From Lama glama (Eukaryota): a DNA stretch of 64,000 nt. The notes beneath the pieces were generated by a model that saw only the letters and a list, made by a program, of their open reading frames with translations, was not told the DNA's origin and ran no database searches. Positions 1-14,395 of the stretch are shown here, piece after piece. The DNA lies in NCBI GenBank assembly GCA_028534125.1, contig CM052817.1:54066001-54130000 (forward strand). Reading direction: 5' to 3'. How positions within the stretch are numbered: position 1 is the stretch's first letter; each line of letters begins with the position of its first letter. The position numbers and the translations under genes are program-made.

Positions 1-125
1 CAAGTGGTAGAGCGCATGCTTAGCATGCACAAGTTCCTGGGTTCAGTCCTCAGTACCTCCTCTTACATAAATAAATAAACCTAATTACTCCCCCCAATTT
101 TTTAAAAAAAAATTTAAAAAAAGAG
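1..125 (+). mobile_element. tRNA-derived camelid SINE (Vic-1 type), 5' end cut by the window edge
   Basis: CAAGTGGTAGAGCGCATGCTTAGCATGCAC...CTGGGTTCAGTCCTCAGTACCTCC tRNA-like head, then AAATAAATAAACCTAATTAC and an A-rich tail. Same family as the copy at 42444-42600. Confidence 0.85.
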
Positions 126-2339
126 AAACAAACAGAAGGGGTGGGCAGAATACAAGACACACACACACAAACTGCTTTAAAAATTAAATTCTAAAGAAAA
201 ATCTTTGAAAGATGTATCAATTAATACATAACACTGGACATCTGAGAATTAAACAGAAGCCTATTTTGTCAAATGCTAGTTAATTCACAAAGGAAAACAA
301 GCTTATCCTAGAAAAATAAAGCACTTTTGTTTCTTTAAAAATTAAGCCCATCCAAGCAAAACTCAAGCATAACAATGAGACCCACTGATCTGTAAAGAAT
401 GACTTAAAAAATAGTCTCTTTTTCGAAGTACTGACTGGTAGAAATCAATCCTTTTTTTTAGTAAAAAAGTATTACAAATAAAAACTACCTAATGAGTGTC
501 TATCATGTGTCAAGTCCTGACAAGGATCACTAGAACTGATAGATAAATTAATAAAAAGCAGTTTCACATGCATGGAGTTAGTCACACACATGGAGTCAGT
601 CCACTGAGAGGAGATGGATATGATCTAAAAAATCAAAAAGTATGATGAAGACGTATCATTATAAGGTTGCATGGAGGATAGAGTGAGCAGGGATTTGCTC
701 ACAAAAATCCCACAAAATCAGACTGTGAACCCTAAAAAGGCAATTACAGCTAACTATGTAACAGCGCTCTTCTGAGGGGCACCTTTAACCTTCTTAGTTT
801 TCACCCTGCAGAGGGCAAAAGTAGCCTCCAGTGGATGCTGTCAGAGGCAGAACAATCTGTGAGGTAACTTACTTTGAAACGATGATATTTGTTAAAAACA
901 TAGTATTGTACCTAATTACTCCTTTTCTTGTTTTCTTTTTTTTCCCACTCAAAATGAAGATTTATTCAATTATTTCCTCTTGCCATATTCTGCTTTCTGA
1001 ACAGATTTAGTTGGTGGCAGCAGCATGATCCTACCTGATTATTTTATCACAGCAGTTTAAATGCTTCTAAGCAGTCAGTTTGCTGGAAGTAAAAAGAGGT
1101 GTTGACTATTCTGACCACTTCTTGCTTAGGGAGGTAAGGATATCATTATACTCTAAACCGTTCTCTGGATTCCACCTGTCAGCAGGAAAGTCAGAAGTAA
1201 TTTATTCAGAAAATTCCATTTTCCTTTAATGAGTGTTAGTATTGGTTAGCCTCTATGAAATAGAGATGGTCTCAATCATTTTTCCATGTAATCTGTAACA
1301 TGAAAGACTAAGTAAAAATCTAGATAGATACTAACATTATTTGAAAAGATGGTCAATATTAATTAGAACTTAATAGGGGCTCTATGACTGAAGTTTAAAA
1401 ATTATGGTTATGAAAACATAATTCTGAATGAGAAATATGTGGACTCATTTTCTTTAATTTAACCCACTACTGAGATTACAATTTTAAAATCCTTTTTTAA
1501 TGAGATTTTATGACCTCTCTACTACTTCAGTTTATACTTGCTTCAGTAGAGTCTTCAGCAGGATATTATATTTCATTAATTGAGTAAAATAAATCCCCCT
1601 AATGAATTAGTCCTATTTCATATGATAAACCTACTTTCCAGAGAGATTCTAATTTATATTCACCCTTTCCTATTTTGAGTTGCAAATATAACTCTTGAAA
1701 TGTCCTTTCTAAGATCTCACAAGTGTATAAACTTTAACAACCAATTTCAGAACACAGAAGTAATGTTTAATTCTATTTTTGGAGATACATTATCTAATTA
1801 AAAAATTGTGTATATGATTTTATTTATTAAGATACTGCATTATTCACATACTACATTAAACACTATTCCAAAGTCTTATCTTCCCCTTAAGAAGTTGAAA
1901 AAACCTAACACCTCAACAGTCTAAGGCTTTTCAATAATCATCACACGTCTAACAGCCTTGGGGAGGTAGGGAAAGAAGGACACAGAAAAATATGGTTAAA
2001 ACAAATGGGTTTTCTACTTTAGAGTTCAAAGACATCTTGAGTTGGCATTTCTTCTACTTCTAAATCCATTATTTGCACAAAGGAAATAATCTCACTCTTA
2101 TCATTGATGTTCTGGCTGCTTTCAGTAACCAGATTTCATTCAGGGACATGGAAGTAAAATACAACTGGCTTAGGACATAAGGTCAATTCAACAAACCACC
2201 AAGCCTTATGCCACCTAATGCCCAAAGAGAACTACTTCACATAAATGAGTCGTGAGCAAGCTGGTTAAGTGAAGGGGATGGCGTGAGGTGGGGGAATTAA
2301 ATTTGCCTACACATCTACTTTCAGTAGAAGAAATTCACT

Positions 2340-2550
2340 GAAATGACCTAGAGTCAAGTGTTGTCATTTAAGATCTGTCTTGGCCACTGATCACCTCTGT
2401 GATTCTCGATAAATAAACCTGAGTGACATTATCCTCTCTATAAAGTAGGGATAATCATACTGAGCCTGTTTAACTCAGAGTAATTTAGAAGCCTGAATAA
2501 AAACTATGTACGTAGACTACTTTGTAAACTGAAACTCAGTATAAACATTA
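2340..2550 (+). mobile_element. MIR SINE fragment
   Basis: Degenerate MIR core: ggccactgatcacctctgtgattctcgataaat...ctctctataaagtagggataatcata. Confidence 0.55.
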
Positions 2551-3388
2551 ATATTAAATATTTGTGGTAGTAGTATACTAGTAGATTAAAACATAGTATA
2601 CTTTGGTCACTAAAGATAGACAAACTCAAATTTTAAAAAATTGCATGCCAGTAAATGTGTTTCTTAGTCCAATTTTTCCAAGTTACACACATAAAGTGAC
2701 CCTAAATGTGTTTCAATCAATTTTGCGAAGCACAGGTAATTCCCATTACCACTTACTTCCTATGCCTTTCCCTCTGGATCCCCACTCTGCTGGCACATAC
2801 ACAAAAAACTACTCATTTGATTTCTATTACCAAGAAATTAAACAGTATATACTTTGTGGTGCCTAGTTTCTCCTTCACTCAACTATGTTTTTGAGAGTTT
2901 TCCTTTTTGTGGCAGGCATTAGTGCTTTGTTCTTTTTCATTGGTGAGTAATTTCATACTGTAGCAATACACCACAATTTGCTTATCTACTCTCCTATGGA
3001 TGAACATCTAGGCTATTTCCTGGTTTGGGCTAGTATCAATATCCTTGTACAAGTATTTTTGTGGATGTATGTTTTCATTTCTCATAGATAAATATTTAGT
3101 ATTGGAATGAGTCATAAAACTGATGTATGTTAATTTTTATGAGAAACTGACAAACAGTTATTATCTAATCTGACAATTTCTGCCTTCTAATTGGAGTGTC
3201 TGGTCCATTTATATTCAAGCAATTATTGCAATGTGTGGATTTAATTCTCCTGTCCAGGTGCTTCATTTTGTTTCATGCAGTCTGTATTTAGTTTCTTTCT
3301 TCCTTCTTTCTGACTTGTTTTGGGCATGAGTTAACATCGTATTTTTGGTGTTCCTTTTTATCTTCCCTACCGACTTTTTATTTACGTC

Positions 3389-3864
3389 TGCATTAGTTTG
3401 CAAGGGTTGCTGTAACAAAGTACCACAAATTGGATGGCTTAACAACAGAAGTCAATCGTCTCAGTTTTAGAAGCTAAAAGTTTGAGATCAAGATGTCAGC
3501 AGGGTTGGTTCCTTCTGGGAGCTATGAAGGAGAAATCTGTTCTATGTCTTTCTCCAGCCTTCTGGTGGTTTGCTGGCAATTTTTGGTGTCACTTGGCTTG
3601 TTGAAACACCATTGTGATCTCTGCCTTCATCTTCACATGGCATTCTCCCTGGGTTCTTGGCTGTGTCCAAATTTCCCCTTTTTATAAAGACACCAGTGAC
3701 ACTGAATTAGGGGTCTACACCACTCTAGTATAACCTCATCTTAGCTAATTACCTCATCTTAACTGCAGTGACACTAGTTTCAAACAAGGGCACATTCTAA
3801 GATACTGGGGGTTAGGATTTACACATATGAATTTGGGAGTGGGGAAAGAATCCAGTCCATGACA
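3389..3864 (-). mobile_element. MaLR solo LTR (MLT1B/C-like)
   Basis: TGCATTAGTTT...GCTGTAACAAAGTACCACAAA...CAGTCCATGACA with TG...CA ends. 5-bp TSD ACGTC/ATGTC differs by a CpG transition. Confidence 0.88.
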
Positions 3865-4855
3865 ATGTCTCTCTCTGTTGACTTCAGTTATTGCTAGAAA
3901 TCTTACTATACGCATCTTTAACTTACCACAGTCTACTTTAAAAAAGTATTCCATGAGTTCATAAGAAACATAAAAACCTCATAATTATATATTTCCAGTG
4001 ATCAGCCTCCCATTTTTCTCTTCTTACCATGTTTTACTTCTAAATATGCTATAAACATTTTACTTTTCCTTAATCAGACAAATATCTTTAACTATGTTGA
4101 TAATAAATTTAATGTGTGTGTATTTATTACATAAAATATATGTATATATTGGTACATTTCTATACATACACATATATTCATATGTATATATTCCATATAT
4201 TTAAATACATTTCTTATGTTAATTTACATATGACTCTTTGAGGTATTCTTTACCTCAGAGATCACCAGATACTTATTTGGTAACATTTCCCTAAAGCCTG
4301 ATGGATTTTTTTCTTTATTTTAACATATTGATAGTGGAGAACTCTTAGAAAAATTCAGCTATTTTAATTCAGAAAAATGTCTTCATTTCATATTCTTTTT
4401 TGAAAAATATTTTTGCAGGGTATTCATGCTAGGTTGATAAATCTGTCTGTCAGAACCTCAAGATGTTACTCCATTACCTCATGGCTTCCATTACATCTGA
4501 TGAGAAACTGGGGCATCCCTTGTACCACTTCCCATGTATTTAACGTCTTTTTTCTCTGATTACTTCCTTGAGTTTTCTTTATCTTTGATTTTCAGTGTGT
4601 GATTACGATATGACTAGGTATGTTTTCCTTTGTATTTATACTGCTTGAAGTTCTCTAGCTTTTTGATCTATAGATCAATATTTTTCATTAATTTTGGAAA
4701 ACCATTAATTATTTTTCAAGTATTTCTTCTCTCATTCTCTTTTCCTTGAATGAGAACATTGTGGGAAAGAACAATAAGGACTGAGGTAAATAATATTTAC
4801 ACACAGACAGGGTCCATCTCTCATTTGGACTAGATGTTAGTATAGTTCAAACAGG

Positions 4856-5230
4856 TTTTATAAGCTCAAGTGTGTCACCTCAAAAAAATCCATATGCTTA
4901 AGTCCTAACTCCCAGTACCTCAGAATATGACTGTGATTGAAGAGAGGGTCTTTAAATAGTTAAGTTATATGTACTCATTAGGGTAGGTCTTAATCCACAA
5001 TGACTGAAATCCTTATAGGAAGAGGAAGTCTCTACAGAGGAACACACAGAAGGATAACTGTGTGAAGACCTTCATTTACAACCCAAGGAGAAAGGTCTCA
5101 GATGAAACCAACTTGGATGACACCTTGATCTCAGTCTTCTAGCCTCCAAAATCATGAGAAAATAAGTTTCTGTTGTTCTAATCCCCCAGTCTGTAGTTGT
5201 TTACCACAGCATACCTACCAAACTAATGCA
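4856..5230 (+). mobile_element. MaLR solo LTR (MLT1A/B-like)
   Basis: aatccatatgcttaagtcctaactcccagtacctcagaatatgactg...caccttgatctcagtcttctagcctccaaaatcatgagaaaataagtttctgttg...aactaatgca. Confidence 0.85.
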
Positions 5231-6424
5231 ATGGGCCAGGGCTCTGATGTGGTTTTAGTTAAAGTCAGTTCACCACAGGCTCAAAGTTTGAGGGTGAAAT
5301 TAGAAACTCCATTTTAGAATCTAAGTGACAGGTTTTGTCTTCAGATGCCCCCGAGGTGCATCTCAGCAATACCTTTCCTGCCCCGGTGGTACAGGGCCCA
5401 GAATGCCTGTCTGGTTTCTCTCGGTTCCGATCTCAACCCCCAGCGCACCGACGGCACCTATTCCTGCTCCATCTTCAGACTTCATTCAACAGGGTATCTG
5501 CACCTGGCACCTAGAGGGCTTCTCCCTCCCCTAATGGGAGACAGACACTGACACTGCCTGTGGGCTTCTCTCAGTCCTTCCTGCCCTCACACTTCAGCAG
5601 GCTGCGTGCGAAGTCTCTGCTCTGCTAGTCACCCCCCGACACACACTTTCCCACCCTCTGCTTAGGGTCCAGCCTTGCACCACTGCACCTCAGATGGAGA
5701 GTGGTGGAGATCTTTCCTGCCTCTTCTGTGGCAGGTGGCTTCTGCCTCTCGTTCAACTAAGGCCCAGAATACAGAGCATTTCTCTTAGTTCTCATTCTTC
5801 ATACTCAGACCACCGCACACACGGTGCCTGCTCCTCACAGGATGCACTTCTAAGTTCTCTTGCCCTCACCCCAACCTTTCTCATTAGCTCTCAAGTGAAG
5901 GCTGATGGAAAAACAAAGATGATGAGAGAGCAACGATTCCCCTTGTAGCGAGGACGCCCAGGAATTCTACACTCCTACACTAGCCCACATCCGGCATTTA
6001 AAATTTAAAAGTTCAGCTGCTATATTTTTACTGCATCTGTAGTGACTTTCTCCTCCCACATTTCAAAAATGAAAGCAGCTTTGAGTACTGTATATCCTAG
6101 GAGATGCTTGTCAAATTTTCGATTTTAATATATTTCAATTGCTTTGGGCCTGACTCTTTGATGGGCTAACATAACTGATTTGATAGTTTACGCAGCTTAT
6201 TTTTATTGTCAGGTTGGGAGGGGCATTCTCTTGCAACAGTGTACATCCTAAACAGAAACAGCAGCCCCATCACATTTCTTTTTAATTACCCTATCTCATT
6301 CCCCTAACGGTTTCCCTTCCTCTTCATTTCCCTCTTTTCTCAATGCCTGTGTATTCTGATGTCTCGGTGGTCTCAATATGGTGTGAAGTTTTCACTCCAT
6401 TATTTTTTTTTATAGCTAAAAATT

Positions 6425-6620
6425 ATCAAGTGTTTACTAAATAGACACACTGTATTAAGGGCATTACACGTTATGCCATTTAATTTTCAGAACAATTCTA
6501 CAAGAAAAATACTTTAATGGTACTCTCTTTACACATAAGAAAAATGAGTCTTAAGTAAGTTGGACCAGATCATAGAGCTTGGAAGTAGTGAATTAAAACC
6601 CAAGTCGCCTGACTTTATAG
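6425..6620 (-). mobile_element. MIR SINE fragment
   Basis: Antisense MIR core: atttaattttcagaacaattcta...ttttacacataagaaaaatgagtcttaag...gcctgact. Confidence 0.6.
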
Positions 6621-6944
6621 GAACTCTTGTCTGGTGTATTGCTTTTACTTCCCAACACACTAATATTTGTTTCTTTTCTGTGCCTTTAGAATATGTGAAA
6701 TCGTATGCTTACAGAGTACTGTGGACGTGATCTGCAATTAGCATTAATGTTGGGAGTCTGCTCACTTTATTTTTGCATTATAAAAAGGGCATGCAAAACA
6801 TAAAATAAACTTAGGACTGTACATAAGTAGATGTTAAGGCTACGTGTATGTGCCACATAACTATTCTTTAAAACCAAAAACTGCAACATGGGTCCAATTT
6901 TATCATGTTACTGCTTCAGGAATAAAAGAGTAAGAAAAACTGCT

Positions 6945-7155
6945 TTGCAGTCCCGGCTCTAAAACTTACTAGGTGTATGAGGACACAATGTAATTGACTT
7001 TCCAATATACAGTTCATTCCTACATTTTATGGAATAGAGATATCTATGATCTTCATAGGGTTGTTGTAAGGACAAAATAAGGTAACATATGTGAAGGCAC
7101 ACCTACAAACCTATAAATCACTTTCAAATACAAGATATGAGCATCATTGTTATTA
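6945..7155 (+). mobile_element. MIR SINE fragment
   Basis: gtcccggctct...acttactaggtgtatga...cttcatagggttgttgtaaggacaaaataaggtaacatatgtgaagg. Confidence 0.65.
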
Positions 7156-8404
7156 CTGGGAAGCTCTAAACTTTAAAAGTTATCAATGTTACTCCCTTAA
7201 AAAAAAAGGAATGAGCCTTTTAAATTGTTAATAACGTGAATTCACATACAATACATTAATGCCCGATATATATGGTAGCTCGACTAAGGTGAAACCACTC
7301 TGGAAACCTAGAAAGGTCATTTACCTCAGCCAACAATTACACTGTATTGATAATTTATATTTACACCTTTAAGGAAAGCAACAAGAACTATATGCAATTA
7401 TCCTTAGCCAGAGAAATAAAATAAGCATGAGAACAGAAAAGTTGTTTGGGGGTAATGAGGCTCTGAAAAGGGAAACAATAATTAGCTTCCAGGTATAAAG
7501 CATCAAGGGCTAGTATCTAGGTTAGACTGGGATGCTATTCCATTTTTATCATGGACTTAACAGGCATGACACCAGACTGTACATCGAAAGGCTGAACAAA
7601 GACCCTTCCTAAGCTTCTAGGCAGAGGGGAAAAAAAATAAAGTGGAAAGAGCAACACAGAGGGCAGTTCCCTCATTGATTTTTAAACAATACATGCTTTG
7701 ATGATGACTACTGCTTCCTTTCATTAACTTAAAAGAACAAGCTAATACTCATGAAGATTTAAAGACTCAATAACACATTCTCATTCTTAGTATGACTTTC
7801 ACAATATTTCTATAAACATGTTATTTAAGGTGGAATAAATATTATGGCCTTAAAATTTCTAGTACACAAAAATAAATAAATGTTTTCCTTGGTAGGAATT
7901 TAAAATTGGAAAATATTTCCCAGTATCTTCATTTAAAATAAAATAATATACATATGGGCAAATTAAAGAAGCAATGATCAAAATTAATAGTTTGATTTGT
8001 CCTATTAGCAATTATATCTTTGAGTTGGTGTGTGTTACAAGAAGTTGTCTAGGTATTTTGTTTCATAGTTTCTTATAGGTGCCTTGTTGATATAAGGATG
8101 TAAATAATAGCTTTTAAGTAAAACAGTATTAGTTACATTACTCTTTTTGAAATTACCTTAAGCTTATTTTAAGTAACTAACAAATGTCACATTCTAGCAA
8201 GTAATTTCTAATTTTAATTAAACTCATTTTCTTGTTTCTCTAGGTAGTAAATCTAGTCGACAGGATTAGTAACCACTTTCTAGATGACCATTACATGGTC
8301 CTAGTTCATAACAATTATTTCAACAGTAATGTATAGAATGCAGAGACTCAGAAAGACACTAAACTAAGAGAAAGCAGTTAAGAATTCCTTCTAATACTCC
8401 ACCC

Positions 8405-8705
8405 CAGCATTTCCCAAACACTGATCTATAGCATACCAGTCTCATGAGACTCTCACAGATACTCCATGACAAAATAATTCACTGGTCAAATGCTTTAAAG
8501 AAGTGCTAGGCTAATCAACAGGTTTCTTTATTACAGAACTTCTCAAAGCACTAATGTACACTGTGAATCTCCAAGGGGTGACAGAGTATGCAGCTTTCTG
8601 AAATTTATTTGAATGTAGGAACCTTTTATTGTTTTTCCCCAGAACACTCATTAATATCTCACTGGATATGACTATTCCACAAAACTGAATTTAGAAAGTG
8701 CTGAT
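8405..8705. mobile_element. Old hAT-Charlie-type MITE
   Basis: Terminal inverted-repeat-like ends CAGCATTTCCCAAA ... TTTAGAAAGTGCTG. Confidence 0.55.
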
Positions 8706-11700
8706 TTAGGGGAAGTCAGGTTTAGGTAGGAAGATGCCACTTGAAATTTTGAGAAAGGTACAAATTCATTAAGCATGATGAAGGTAAAACCACTGAGGGT
8801 GTACTAAAGAAGTATGAAAGATAAGGGCTAGTCAAAGATTACTGTCACAGTTTTTAGCTTGGGAGATGGGAAAACAATGGAATTATCAGCATAATCTGAG
8901 ATACTGATAGGTACACCTGCCATTACTTCATTCATTTAATCATGCAATAAATATTTACTTAGCATACAGAATTATTTAGGCTAGGAAGGTGGCTAATGAA
9001 GAAAAAAACTATCATACTATTTCAACCATCAAAGTTTAATGATTGAAAACAACATCCTCTAAATCCTCTAAGTGATAATAGAAGTAGACATCTTTCAGAG
9101 TGCCTGCCCACTTATTCTTTGAGAAATACCACCTACATCCCTGTTCATAAAAAAGGCTCCATATTTACATAGTCACTTTTCACATATTCATGTATCCACT
9201 TTGTGATCAAGATTTATAATGTAACTCAAATGTTCTTTCCTGGGTACTTGGCTAGCCAGCTTTGGCTAGTTTCTTGAACTGCAGACATGTAAACGGAATT
9301 TCAATGGGATTTTTTGGCCATTTCCACACATTAGCTATAAGAAACATTTAACACTGAGAAAAATAAGTGAAAAAAGGAATTATAAAGAGAATAAGGGAAA
9401 AAATAATGAGAAAATTAGTGGAACAGGGAAAGACACAAAGCTTACTGAGTCCCTAATGTCTTTATACAGTTCTTTGTTCCAGGAAAATGTGAATTCAGTA
9501 GATGACACAATATATTTTACAAAAATTTTCTTTTTCAGTCAAGCTATTTTTACTAAGATCTTATTTTTTTGCAGTAAAAAGACCTATATTTAAAACAGAA
9601 ATGTCATGAATAATATTACATATCTGAAATTATAATAATGTCAACAGTAAAAAAATTACTTCACTTTTTCAGAAGCATTGTTATTTGTTGGAAGAGTTAA
9701 AGTATGCTTGAATATTACATTTGTATAAACATATTCTAATAATTCAACTGTCAATTCAGTTCAGAAAATTGGGATAATATACTGTTCCAATCTACACAGT
9801 AAAACAAAATCCATGAAAAGTGTAATACCCTTAAGTGCAGATTTCACAGGAGTAATCTTTCACATTTAAATAAAGTGGGTATGCAAAATGCATAGATGAA
9901 AAGATTTGTCATGTTGCTCTCACTCTTGGGTGTTAAAATGGTAGTACTGGGAGGCATTTGCCAAAGATTGGCAGGAATTCTGTCGACGACTTAGCATAGT
10001 AATTTATGGGAAATTCAGAATGTTTAGACAGAATTGATTAGAATTAGTCTCTACAGAAAACACGCCAACACATGGATACAATTAGGACACATGTTCAATG
10101 CAAATGACGCTATTCCACATTTTGATTTTTGGATGAATTGAAATTACTTGGATTTTTTTAAAGATGGAGAAGAAACATGAAGTACAACTTCAGATACTAA
10201 TAATTTATGGCCCCAAAAAACTATGAAAGATATATGTTGTTGAACTGCAAGTTCACAAAGTAAGTGACAATGGAGATAGAAATAACTAACGTCACTGTAT
10301 CACTATGAAAATACACATTTCACCCTACAATTTCTGATAATACCAGTATCAATCAGTTGTGAACATTACCAGCTGTCCTTTCAGAAAATGAAAATGAATG
10401 TTTTCTATCGCCATGGCACTTTAAAGGCAAAAAGTTTCCTTAAGAGAATCTCCATCTGTATATAGTAAGTTTCACTCATTCTCAGCTTGCTTATCTGCAA
10501 ATCATATCAGTCTCACCAAAGTCTCACTTGTCTTTTCAGCATTGATTTGTTAGCCGAGTGAGGTAGCAAGATCTCACATTTCAAAGACTCAGAGGTTCTC
10601 ATGCAGACAAGGTTGTATTTGCTTTGTAGGAAGAGGCGCTATATAAACAGAAAGAACCACTACTATGCTGTGGCAACACTTATTCTCCAGGCATTTTATA
10701 TACTATCAAAAAAAGCAAGGTCCAATTTCAAATTCTTTAATACAAGGATTCTTAGCTGTCCTTAAGCTGTATTTTGAAGCAGGAAAAGTTGAGTTTTGGC
10801 AAAGCAGTTCCCAACCTCCTTAACAGCCATCTCTTTGAGAAAGGAACACTGCCCTCAAAACTTAAAGAATAACAAATAGAAAGAATAATCCATGAGAGAA
10901 AAGAACTGACCATCTTTCATGATAGGGAAACACACCACAATTTTCCAAGTAGGCAGGTTAAGATGTCAAAATGTGACTTAAACTCTTACTGTTCACTATA
11001 ATTAAATTGAAGTTATCATCAATGAGATTGTTATATGAAATTGCTTAATGAACTCAGTCATGAGTAAACCACATTATAAATATTCATTATTCTCCAAGAA
11101 CTCCTTTGTTTTAAAACAAATACTTTGTCAAAGAATCTGAAACATGCATTATTTTTGTCCTACTAATCATTAAGTTGTGCATAGGTATGCTGTTCATTAG
11201 CTACTATTATTATCCTCATTATTATTAGGCTATGTAATTCTTCCTACCATGCTATCAAGTTAACTGCAAGGGGAGCCACCATGAAATATGCAGATTTGGT
11301 TGAAGAGTCACTGTTACCCAGGTTTGCGTCCTACCTACATACCCTTGTTTTTGCATCTCCTCTTTTCCTCTCTTCCAGCTCTATCCCACCCAATCACAAA
11401 ATATATGATAGTGACACAAAGATAATCTTTAAAGTAATGTGTTCATATTTTAAAACAAACTTTAATGCAAAAAAGAAAGGTTTAAATGATTGGGAAATTA
11501 AAGCTATAAATAAGCCAGCAGAGTGGGCTAAAGGAGGGTACTGTTCCCTTTGAAGTAGCCAAATGCTGCCACTTACTCTACTTTTTTTCTGTGCAATCTG
11601 TTATTATAATTCCAATATACCAAGAGCTAGAATTTGTTATTAGTAGTTACCAATGTACCAGCTCTAAAGGAAAATGTGTGAACACTTAAGGAAAGATGAC

Positions 11701-12874
11701 TATTATTTTTCACAAGGCACAAGAAGAAAAGATAAATTTAAAATAAGGCATAATGAATACAGGGCCTAGTAAAGATGAAAAATTCTACAGAATACCAGAA
11801 CGACTATGCCCCTTGATATATGAGGGAAATAATAATATAAATATTAGTATTAATCAGAAGCAACACAGGAGAGAGGGGTTTTCCAATTTCTTTGGAAGAG
11901 GGCAAACCCCGACTAAAACCATAAATTGATGCAGTATTTACTGTTTCAGGTGCTCAAATATAATGGTAGATGTCTAATTTAATAAATGATGAAAATCAGA
12001 AGGAAATACAATTGTGAACTACCTCTACATCAGTTATACTGCAGGGTGACTAGTACATGTTTTATTTAACTTTCATGAAAACTATACATCTAATATAATT
12101 GTTCCAATTTTAGAGATTAAGATAGTAACTATGAAGATCAAATAAAGGTAATTTCATTGATAAACAAAGATTGTTATTAACTTTAGGCTTCTATCACTTT
12201 AAAGCCTGTGATCATCAGCACCAAACTACTTCCAGAATTGTCTTTCATAAAGGTGTAACAGAAAATGGAATTAGAAAGTAAACAATTTATAAGCATAAAT
12301 TAGGAAACATCATTGGACTTGAAATACAATTTTTAATTAATGACTAGTTTTTTTGTTGTTGTTCTTGATCCCTCTTGAGGAAGAACATTTTTAACTTCTT
12401 CAACTTTGCTAGAGGGTAGACAATACTAACAGGATAATGCCACAGAGAGCAAAAGAGACATTATCTTTTAAAAAAGTCTGAGGAGAACATAAGAGCATAC
12501 AGTCTATGACTCCAACTTAGTTCCTAGTGAGCCTTTGTGTTTGAAGAAATATGCTGAATCATGAATTGTATGAAAATATAAATGCTTGATGACAAGTGAT
12601 TTAATCCAAATAAGTAGGTATTTAGAGGAGAGGAAATGGAGCTGAAGACATAGACAAAACTTACTCTGTGTAAAACATTCATTTAATCACTAAAACAGTA
12701 ATATTTCTGAATAAAATAAATCATTAAATCATGTAAAAATAGGTTATTGATTCTTATACATTTTTAAAGTGAGAAATTATTTAGTATCTCTACCCAGTTT
12801 TCTGATTTGAGGTGAAGTGAAATAAAAGGCTTTGTAAACAACTACTCAAAACTATAACATTCTTAGGAAATATA

Positions 12875-13070
12875 CAGTCATCCCTCAGTATCCATGGGGG
12901 ATGGGTTTCAGGTCCTCTTGGATACCAAAATCTGCAGATGCTCAAGTCCCATAGTTAGCCCTCCATATCCATGAGTTTTGCATACATAAATTCAACCACA
13001 ATAAATATGTGTATATTTATTGAAAAAAAATCAATATAAGTTCAAACCTGTGTTGGTCAGGAGTCAACTG
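12875..13070 (+). mobile_element. Tigger-family MITE (MER8/MER2-like)
   Basis: Starts CAGTCATCCCTCAGTATCCATGGGGGATGGGTTTCAGG, ends GTTCAAACCTGTGTTGGTCAGGAGTCAACTG, with TA on both sides as expected for Tc1/mariner target duplication. Confidence 0.88.
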
Positions 13071-14395
13071 TAATTTAATGGCACTTAATTTACTCTGCAA
13101 ATTCTTAGAGTTCTACTTAATAAACAGTTACCATCTGCAGAACTGCTTAATCTTTCTTCTGTGGTATATATATACAAAAAATATATAAAAGAGCAAAAGA
13201 AAATATTGTCACTTGATGCAGTACTTCCCATTATGTATTTACTTCCCATTATCTTAAAAATCAGTTTTAATGATATGACAAGAGTGCCCACAGCCACAAA
13301 TACATTCAACTGTATTCCTCCCTCAAGTAGCTAATATCTTCTCTGTAACATCTCCTTCACCACACCTATGCTGAACCAAGAACTTTACCAGTGTGATCTC
13401 TTATCACCCTGTGTTGACCCCATCCAAGTTCTTGGCTTTGTATTATGCAACTTTATGTATCTGGCTGACCATCATTAGGGCTTTCAGGTCTGCAAAGGGA
13501 CAAATGATCTACATTCAAATTAAAAAATATTCAAATTTTAAAAATGTAAAACATCTAAGTTCGGGTTGGTATAAATAGATTTTTAAAACTTAAATATATA
13601 TTATAACCAATATACAGGTCTCTACATTCTTTATTCATTCTAACACTTAAGTTTATTAATAAAAAAGAACAAAATAATAGCAAAAATTACCTAAAGTTTT
13701 AAAATTAAAGTTCATATACTATTTGTAAGAAATACTATCAATCTTGTTTGTAATTTTTTAATGAGAACTTTTCGGAAGACCTTATATAAATAGCAATCTG
13801 ACCTACCCTACCCACAAACATTTATTTTATCTAGTTTGCTCACTGCTTTATGACAGTGTCATAAATACTACTTGGCATATACCAAACACTAAATAAATAA
13901 GTACTGAATGACTGGATGAAAAACAATACTTTATCTTAATGTAATTACATTTAAATTTCAAAGTTCAGATATCACTGTTTCATTTTCTTCATTTTATTTT
14001 CAACATTTTCATTTTGGGTCTTCATCACCATACAGGCAATTTTTCAAAATAATTCCTAGTTTTCTACTTCAAAAATAATAAGCTATGCATACTTCATAAA
14101 GAACTGCAAGTTCATAAGAAGCAAAAACCTTATTTCTGAAGCATGTGAGAAAGCGTACATTAATGGCATATATCTACTATTAAGGAGATGTTTTACAAGT
14201 TTTTAAAAGGAATTTCTTAACTCTACATAACAAAATATATAAGCTGTTTCTGCGGTATCTTAACGGTTAAACACAGTTAAGTTGTTATGGTTAATTTTGT
14301 CATGGCAATGGTTTTTCTTTACTTCAAATGCTTAAAGATGTCTCATATTCATTATATTCAAGACATAGGTAAAATAGTATCTGGCATAAAGCATC

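Larger units (their letters stand above)
2600..6270 (-). mobile_element. Ancient L1M (MC/MD/ME-type) LINE remnants with 3' part, ORF1-like part and GC-richer 5'-UTR-like part, interrupted by two MaLR LTRs; may be more than one element
   Basis: 2900-3150 is typical antisense L1ME 3' text (gatgaacatctaggctatttcc...gtggatgtatgttttcatttctc). 4300-4750 is antisense ORF1-like (tctgatgagaaact...ttttctttatctttgattttcag). 6190-6270 resembles an old L1M 5' terminus. Confidence 0.6.
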
